Assembly: GCA_963827235.1 (NCBI GenBank)
Contig: CAWHAE010000012.1
Coordinates: 992,001 to 1,056,000, forward strand
DNA: 64,000 nucleotides
Source of the DNA: an uncultured bacterium
GTDB lineage: Bacteria > Chloroflexota > UBA5177 > JANWHV01
Reading direction: 5' to 3'
Shown: positions 57,163 through 64,000 of the stretch, piece after piece
Numbering within the stretch: the stretch's first letter is position 1
Layout: the number at the start of each line of letters is the position of its first letter
Translations under genes and position numbers: made by a program
Notes under the pieces: model-generated
Database searches by the model: none
The model's input: the letters and a program-made list of their open reading frames with translations, nothing else
What the model was told of the DNA's origin: nothing

Positions 57163-57556
57163 CGCCCCGAGCACTGCCGCGGCAGCGCGTGCCATCACTG
57201 TCGGCCACGTCGCCAGGAAACCCAGCTCCGCTCCGACGGCTATTGCCGGCCCTGATCGTGGTCCTGCCGCACATGCGACCTCGTTCACCCCGGTCCCCGG
57301 CAATCGGCAACCCCTGCCCGCGCCATTACTAGCACCTCCGCATGGCGCTGCTCCTTCCTCCCGCGCTGGTCCTGGGCCCATACTTCGCCCGGTAGGGTGG
57401 GTGTGGGACGGGGCCGGGCCATGGGGACAAGGATAGTCTGGCCGGTTTCGGACCTTTGTCGCGGTCCCTGCCCCGAAGCGCTGACGGTGGCCGCACCGGC
57501 CCCGACTTCGCGTGCTATCATATCGCCGCCAAGATGAGCCTTACAGGAGGATTGAC

Positions 57557-59014
57557 ATGGTCGTATTGCATTCTCTCGCACGCGCGACAGCCGAAAGTCA
57601 AGGCATTCCATCGCGGGCCATTCAAGACTTCGTAGACGCAGTGGAGCAGGAGGAGCTGGGATTGCACAGCCTCATGCTGCTGCGGCATGGCCGTGTCGTC
57701 GCCGAAGGGTGGTGGGAGCCCTACGAGCAGCGATCGCCTCACATGCTGTTTTCGCTGAGCAAGAGCTTCACGTCGACCGCCGTCGGCCTGCTCGTGGCGG
57801 AGGGCAAGCTCACCGTCGATGACCTCGTGTTGCCGTTCTTTCCCGACGAGGCCCCGGCCCATCCGAGTGCGAATCTGCGCGCCATGCGCGTGCGGCATTT
57901 GCTGAGCATGAGCACCGGTCACGACACGGAGCCGGAGCGCGACCTGGGCCCGGGTAGTGCACCGGAGCAAGCGCCACCGGCAAGCTGGACGAGCAGGTTT
58001 CTGGCGCACCCGGTCGTCTACGGGCCAGGCACCCACTTCCTCTACAACACCGCCGCCACCCACGTGCTCTCCGCCGTCGTGCAGCGGATTACCGGCCAGC
58101 GCCTGCTGCACTACCTGCAGCCGCGCCTGTTCGGGCCGCTCGACATCGAGAATCCTACCTGGGAAGTGCTGCCGCCGGGCGTCGACGCAGGCGGTTTCGG
58201 ACTGAGCGTCACCACCGAGGACATCGCCCGCTTCGGCCAGCTCTACCTGCAGAAAGGCCTGTGGGAAGGCACGCGGGTCGTGCTCGAGGCCTGGGTGGAG
58301 GAAGCCACCAAGTCGCAGGTTCCGAACGCGCGCCCCGACACTCCGATCGATTGGTGCCAGGGATACGGCTACCAGTTCTGGCGGTGCCGGCACGGAGCCT
58401 ACCGCGGTGATGGCGCGTTCGGACAGTACTGCCTGGTCATGCCTGCGCAGGATGCCGTGCTGGCGATCACGGCGGGCACGCCTGACATGCAGCTAGTGCT
58501 CGACCGTGTGTGGCAGCACCTGTTGCCTGCCATGGAGCCGGCAAGCCTGCCGGAGGATAGGGCGGCGCGGGATGCGCTCGCCGAACGACTCTCGGGCCTG
58601 CGCTTACCGGCACAGGCGGGCCAGCGCACCGCGGAGATCGCGGCGTCGATCTCAGGCAAGCTGTTTGCTCTACAGGAGAACGAAGCCCGCTTGGAAACCG
58701 TTTCACTCGAGCTCAGCGGCGACGGAGCGGTGCTCGTGGCACGCAACCAATCCGGCGAGCAGCGCATTCCCTGTGGCTACGGCACGTGGGTGCGAGGAGT
58801 ATCCTGCTTGTTTGGCCCCGAACCCGAGAAGACGGCGGCGACTGGAGCGTGGACGGACGGGCGCACCTTCACGGTCCAGACGTACCTGAGCGAGACGCCG
58901 TTTCTGCACACCATCACATTCCGATTCGAAGACGGGCAACTGCAGGTGCGGCAACACGTGAACGTGTCGTTCGGGGTGAAGGAATCACTGGATCTCACCG
59001 GTCACAGCAGCTAG
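57557..59014 (+). CDS. Serine hydrolase, beta-lactamase/PBP-like family
   Basis: AGGAGG RBS; SLSK (SxxK), LLSMSTG, FLYN, YGYQFW, GAFGQ. Confidence 0.92.
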   Translation: MVVLHSLARATAESQGIPSRAIQDFVDAVEQEELGLHSLMLLRHGRVVAEGWWEPYEQRSPHMLFSLSKSFTSTAVGLLVAEGKLTVDDLVLPFFPDEAPAHPSANLRAMRVRHLLSMSTGHDTEPERDLGPGSAPEQAPPASWTSRFLAHPVVYGPGTHFLYNTAATHVLSAVVQRITGQRLLHYLQPRLFGPLDIENPTWEVLPPGVDAGGFGLSVTTEDIARFGQLYLQKGLWEGTRVVLEAWVEEATKSQVPNARPDTPIDWCQGYGYQFWRCRHGAYRGDGAFGQYCLVMPAQDAVLAITAGTPDMQLVLDRVWQHLLPAMEPASLPEDRAARDALAERLSGLRLPAQAGQRTAEIAASISGKLFALQENEARLETVSLELSGDGAVLVARNQSGEQRIPCGYGTWVRGVSCLFGPEPEKTAATGAWTDGRTFTVQTYLSETPFLHTITFRFEDGQLQVRQHVNVSFGVKESLDLTGHSS

Positions 59015-59243
59015 TCGACATAACTCGGATAGCGGGATCCCCGGCTGGCGAATCCTGTCCCACGGGCTGAGTGTCACGAGGCTATGCAATCGGGCCATGC
59101 CAAGGCGCGGGCGGAGTAGCCTCGTCTTTGTACCAGCTGAGCGAAATCGCTCACGCCCAAGCTCTCTGTTGTCTGAAGTGACCATATGTCACATAATTGT
59201 TGGGGCTGCTCTCGTGCGCGTTCGCGGTTTTCGAGGTCGGTGC

Positions 59244-62200
59244 ATGGCAACATCGTGTCTGCCTTCCGAGCCACACGTCACGTACCGCCAGCAGTATCGC
59301 CGGTGCGGCAAGGCTGCCTGCCTCAGATGCAGATCGGGTGACCTCGGTCACGGGCCGTACTGGTATGCGTTCTGGCGAGAAGGTGGGCGCCTGCGGTCGC
59401 GGTATGTCGGCAAGCATTTGCCGGCGGGCATGGAGGCCGGGGTCGAGTCTCCGCGCGTGCCTCAATCTCCGACTGTCGCTGCCCTACCGCTTCGGGTGCG
59501 TAGCCTGGGCGCCTTCGAGGTGCGGCGAGGCGACACAGTGATTACCGCCGGGGCCTGGCACCGGCGCGGACCTCTGGCGCTTTTCACCTGCCTGCTCAGC
59601 GCGCCGCGCCATAGCCTGCATCGGGAGCGAATCGCCGAGCTGCTGTGGCCGGAGGTGGACGCGGAGCGCAGCGCGCGGAACACGAGCCTCGCGGTGCATC
59701 GCCTGCGCAGAATCCTCCAGGAGAGCCCCTCCGGCGAGGGCTATGTTCGCATCGAGGGCGACATGCTCATCCTCTCGCCGGTGGAGAACGGTGACGCCCC
59801 GGCGGACTGGCTGGACGCCGAGGCATTCGAGAGATCCGCGGATACTGCCCTGGCCCAGCGATCTCTGGAAGCCTGCCGCTCGGCGCTGCAGCTATACAAC
59901 GGGGAGTACCTGCCAGGCGATCTGTACGACGAGTGGACGGCCGGGAGGAGAGACGCCTCCGCGTGCGTTACCTTGCGCTTCTTCTGCACCTGGCCGATCT
60001 TGCCGGCGTCGATGGCGACTTCGCGGCGGCGGAGACCGCACTGCGCTCTGCATTGGCCGGCGATCCCTGCCACGAGGATGCGGCCGCCCGCTTGATGGGT
60101 CTGCTGGCGGCGACCGGGCGACGTACGGAGGCTCTGCGGGTCTTCGACACCCTGGCCCAAGCGCTTCGCGATGAGCTGGGAGTACCTCCGTCCACCGATG
60201 TGCAGGCTTTGCGCAGGCGCCTGCTCGCCCAACAGACTCCCGCTGCTTCTCAGGTCCGACCCCCTGCGGCGCTTCCGCTCAATACCAATCTGCCCGCCGC
60301 GCCCACGAGCTTTGTTGGGCGCGAGCGCGACATGGCGGAAGTGCGTGGCCGCCTCGAGCCCGGCCGAATGCTCACGCTCACCGGCATAGGCGGATGCGGC
60401 AAGACGCGCCTGGCTCTGGAAGTCGCCAGACAGGCCCTCGACGCGTACCGTGATGGAGCGTGGCTTGTCGAGCTGGCGGCCATCGGCGCAGGGCCCGCGT
60501 CCTTCCCGGCGGTTGAGCGCGCACTGGCTACTGCCCTCGGACTGCACGAAGAAGCAGGCCGCACGCTCGACGAGACGATTGCGTCCTATCTGACCGGCCT
60601 CTGCGTGCTTGTCGTCCTGGACAACTGCGAGCACGTGCTCGAGGCGGCCGCCGTGCTCTCCGCCCGGCTGCTGCAGGCATCCCCGGCCCTTGCCGTGCTG
60701 GCGACCAGCCGGGAACGTCTCAACGTGCCGGGCGAGCGCCTCTACGCCGTTGCTCCGCTGCTCACGCCGCCACTCGACGTCGAAGCCGGCCGGCTTTCGC
60801 AGTATGAAGCCGCGGCCCTCTTCCTGACCCGTGCCTCCGACGTCTCTCGCGAGGACTTGCTCACGACCGCGAACACGGCGGCGGTGGCGCGGATCTCGCG
60901 ATCGCCTGGCAGGCATCCCCCTGGCCCTGGAGCTGGCCGCTGCTCGCGCCGCCAGCCTGCCCGTGACGACTATTGCCTCCCACCTCGACGACTGTTTTCG
61001 TCTGCTGGTCGGCGGGCCACGCACGGCTCTTCCCCGGCAACGCACGCTGCGTGCCGCATTGGACTGGAGCTATGCCCTTCTCACCGTACCGGAACGCGTG
61101 TTGCTGCGGCGCCTGACGGTCTTCGTCGGCGGCTGGACGCTGGAAGCGGTCGAGCTGGTGTGCTCCGATCCGCTGCCGGACCAGCTCGAATCCTCCCCGG
61201 ACCAGGTGTTCTCGTACGAGATGATCGACGTGCTGGCGAGCCTGGCCGCGAAGTCTCTGATACAACAGGAGGCCGGTGAGGATGGGGTACGCTTCCACAT
61301 GCTGGAGCCCGTACGCCAGTACGCAGCCGAGATGTTGGGCAACGCAGGAGAGGCAGTGGCGCTTCACGATCGCCATCTGCACTGGGCGCTCACGCTCAGC
61401 GGCGAGGCGGAATCGAGTCTCTCGCACGGCCCGGGGCAAGCACCGTGGATTGCCCGTCTGCGACGCGAGCACGACAACCTCCAGGCCGCGCTCACCTGGG
61501 CGATCGACCAGCACCAGGTCGAGCCGGGCCTCGTGCTCGCCGGCCGCCTGCATCGGTACTGGACGGAGCGCGGGCACCTGCGCGAGGGGTACTCCTTCCT
61601 CCGGGCGTTGCTGGCCACGCCAAATGTGGCGGAAGTGGTACCTGTCCCATTGCGCGCCAGAGCGCTGTACGAGGCCGCGTTCATGGCCAGGCGACTCGAG
61701 GACTGCGAGCAGGCCAGGCAGCTCGGCGAGGAGTCTCTTGCCCTGCACCGGCAGTGCGACGAGCTGCGGGCCAGCGCCGTGATCTGCATCAACATCCTTG
61801 GCCTGGTTGCGATGGCACAGGACGACCTCACGACGGCGGCGGAGCGATTCAACCAGTGCCTGGCCCTGGAGGCCGAGCAGGGCAACAAGCCAGCGCACGT
61901 CGGTACTTTGCTGGCCAACCTGGGCGTGGTCAGCCTGCTGCAGGAAGACTATCCTCGAGCACTGTCGTACGGACAAGAGGCGGCGCTGCTCTTACGAGGC
62001 GCGGGTGACATGGTCAATCTGTCGCTGGCGCTCCTGCTGATGGGCCTGGCACACGTAGACATGTGCGACGCGGAGTCCGCGGCTCCCTACATGGAGGAGA
62101 GCCTGCTCGTCGCCCAGGATCTCGATCTCGCGCTGAGGAAAGGCTTGGCTCAGCTCGGCCTGGCGATCGTCCTGTGCTGCAGGGAGCAGGACGCTGCCGC

Positions 62201-62525
62201 CGCGCAGCTGATGCATGAGGGCCTGTCCGTGTTGCGCCGGAGCGGCGAGCGGGCCATGGGTGTGGTGATCCTTTCCAGCTTGCCGCCGTCGCTCGCCGCC
62301 CGCCATCACCCCGAGACAGCCACACTGCTGTACGGGGCGCTGGCTGCCGACCACCAGCGACACCGGTGCAGTGAGGCCGTTCCATACATGGCCAGGCTGC
62401 ATCGCCGGATGCGGCCGGTAGCCGACGTGCTGTCCGAGCGTGCGTTCAGCGACCTCCTGGCGCGCGGACAAACGATGGTCCTCGACGAGGCAATAGACGC
62501 GGTCCTGCCGTGCGCGCAGGACTAG
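59244..62525 (+). CDS. SARP/AfsR-type regulator: Cys/His N-domain (DUF6788-like) + wHTH/BTAD + STAND ATPase + TPR (frameshifts at ~59956 and ~60896)
   Basis: RRCGK..C..C....GHGPYWY; LWPE; D...FE; Walker A GIGGCGKT; LDNCEH; GIPLALELAA; spread over three consecutive frames. Confidence 0.82.
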
Positions 62526-62886
62526 CCGGTCACGGCCCTCTCAGTTCCCCAATCGCGCGAGGTCCTTCAACCGGTCGCAGCCGGCGACCTGACTCCATCG
62601 TGCTACAGCCGGCAGCCCGGCTCACGCTGCCGCGCCGGAGACGCGGCCCCGGTGCAAGAACAGCGGTGTGCCCGCTTGCGCCCCGGCTCGCGATCTGCGC
62701 GGTAAAGGCCCGGCGCCTGGGCAGCGCCTGGTGAGCTCAGGCGGCCGCCCGGCCGGATCGTGACTTCAGGCCGGAAAGCGCGCGAATCGGCGTCCGTTGA
62801 GCCCCCCAAAAGGGGACTTACTGAGCCGCGCGCGCTGTGGCAGACTTGAGAGGTAGCGCGACAACCGGGATGGAAAGGGAAGGGCC

Positions 62887-64000
62887 ATGCCCGCTGTTCA
62901 GGCGTCCGGATCGAGCAACGCGCCGCTTGGTCAGGGTGCCGGCCGGACCGAACCCGGGTTTGCGCCGGCATTCCGGCATGTATCGCAGTGGGGCGCGGCG
63001 TTTCTCCTCCCGCTGTTCGTCGTGGTCTGCGTCGGCGTCGCGAACTACCGCGCCGGCCCCGACGCGCGGGCCGTGGCCGACGTTGCCGGGCTCGGCGTGA
63101 TCGCCATCCTCGGCTTTCACCAGCTTCTTGCGCGCGGCACCACGGCCAGGCAATCGGGCGAACTGCGGCGACTCAACCAGGAGATCCACGCCTTGCGTGT
63201 CGACAACGACGCCCTCGGCCGCGCGAACAGAGAGCTGGAGCGAAGGACCACGGCCGGCGGTCTTGCCGCGCCGGCAGCCATCGGACTGGGACCGGCGGGA
63301 TGCACGGCCCACGATGCGCCGCGCGACCGTCACGGTGCAGTGCCGCCTGCCGTAGCCACCCGCCTGGACAGGGCGATTGCCGGCGACGAGCTCATCTTGC
63401 ACTACCAGCCGCAAATCGACCTGCGCACGAGCGAGGTCTATGGCGTAGAAGCCCTCGTACGCTGGAATCATCCAGTGGAAGGGCTGATACCGCCCGATCG
63501 CTTCATCTCGACGGCCGAGCAGACCGGCGCCATTGTACCGCTCACGGCATGGGTACTGGAGAAAGCACTGTCCCAAAGCCGCGCCTGGCGCGAGGCCGGC
63601 ATCGACCTGATCATGTCAGTCAACATCTCGCGGCAGAACCTGCGCGATCCCGAGCTCTGCCGCACGGTCTCCTCGGCGCTCACGCGCCATGAGGTGCCAA
63701 GCGATCGCCTGTGCCTCGAGCTGACCGAGAGCATCGTGATGGCCGACGTCGAGGAGGCCCTGAGAGTGCTGCGCAGTCTGTCGTCGCTCGGGGTGCACCT
63801 GAGTATCGACGATTTCGGCACGGGTTACTCAAGCCTATCCTACCTCTCCCGCCTGCCGGTGGAAGAGCTCAAGATCGACCGCTCGTTCGTGCAACGCATG
63901 GCAACTGATCCCAACGACGCCACGATCGTGGCCTCTACGATTGGACTCGGTCGCTCGCTGGGACTGCGCGTGGTCACAGAAGGCGTGGAAAACGCCGACA
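62887..64000 (+). CDS. EAL-domain c-di-GMP phosphodiesterase with N-terminal TM hairpin (runs off window end)
   Basis: Frame +1 open from ATG 62887; LHYQPQ, EALVRW.HP, SVNIS, ELTES, DDFGTGYSSL, KIDRSF, EGVE. Confidence 0.9.
   Translation, partial: MPAVQASGSSNAPLGQGAGRTEPGFAPAFRHVSQWGAAFLLPLFVVVCVGVANYRAGPDARAVADVAGLGVIAILGFHQLLARGTTARQSGELRRLNQEIHALRVDNDALGRANRELERRTTAGGLAAPAAIGLGPAGCTAHDAPRDRHGAVPPAVATRLDRAIAGDELILHYQPQIDLRTSEVYGVEALVRWNHPVEGLIPPDRFISTAEQTGAIVPLTAWVLEKALSQSRAWREAGIDLIMSVNISRQNLRDPELCRTVSSALTRHEVPSDRLCLELTESIVMADVEEALRVLRSLSSLGVHLSIDDFGTGYSSLSYLSRLPVEELKIDRSFVQRMATDPNDATIVASTIGLGRSLGLRVVTEGVENAD

Overview
GC-rich bacterial chromosomal window with no rRNA, tRNA, CRISPR array or transposase. 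The gene content suggests a soil Chloroflexota-like monoderm, which is an inference. In order, it holds: a partial WD40 protein, an ABC exporter, secreted proteins, an MCP-derived histidine kinase, a peptide-ABC/giant M14 peptidase/hydantoinase-oxoprolinase operon, MnSOD, a UroD-like enzyme, an HTH protein with a long 35-aa-repeat coiled coil, a WxL/DUF916 surface cluster, an alarmone-hydrolase-like HD protein, a PI-PLC, a ~16 kb redox island, and then a GNAT, a serine hydrolase, a SARP/STAND regulator and a partial EAL protein. There are two top candidates for an undescribed system. (1) A WxL cell-surface cluster whose membrane-anchored DUF916 member carries a cytoplasmic DUF4258-like toxin fused to a DUF2283-like antitoxin, the latter with its own internal RBS and ATG. 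(2) An extracytoplasmic electron-transfer island (split cytochrome b6-like pair, c-type cytochrome, two ferric-reductase/FMN-bind pairs, two paralogous Rieske domains, a cupredoxin with His at the axial Met position), in which five promoters share the geometry TCAY-N7-TCAY-N10-(-10 hexamer). Four genes carry five single-base frameshifts that look like long-read errors. All family calls come from motif recognition by eye, not database searches.
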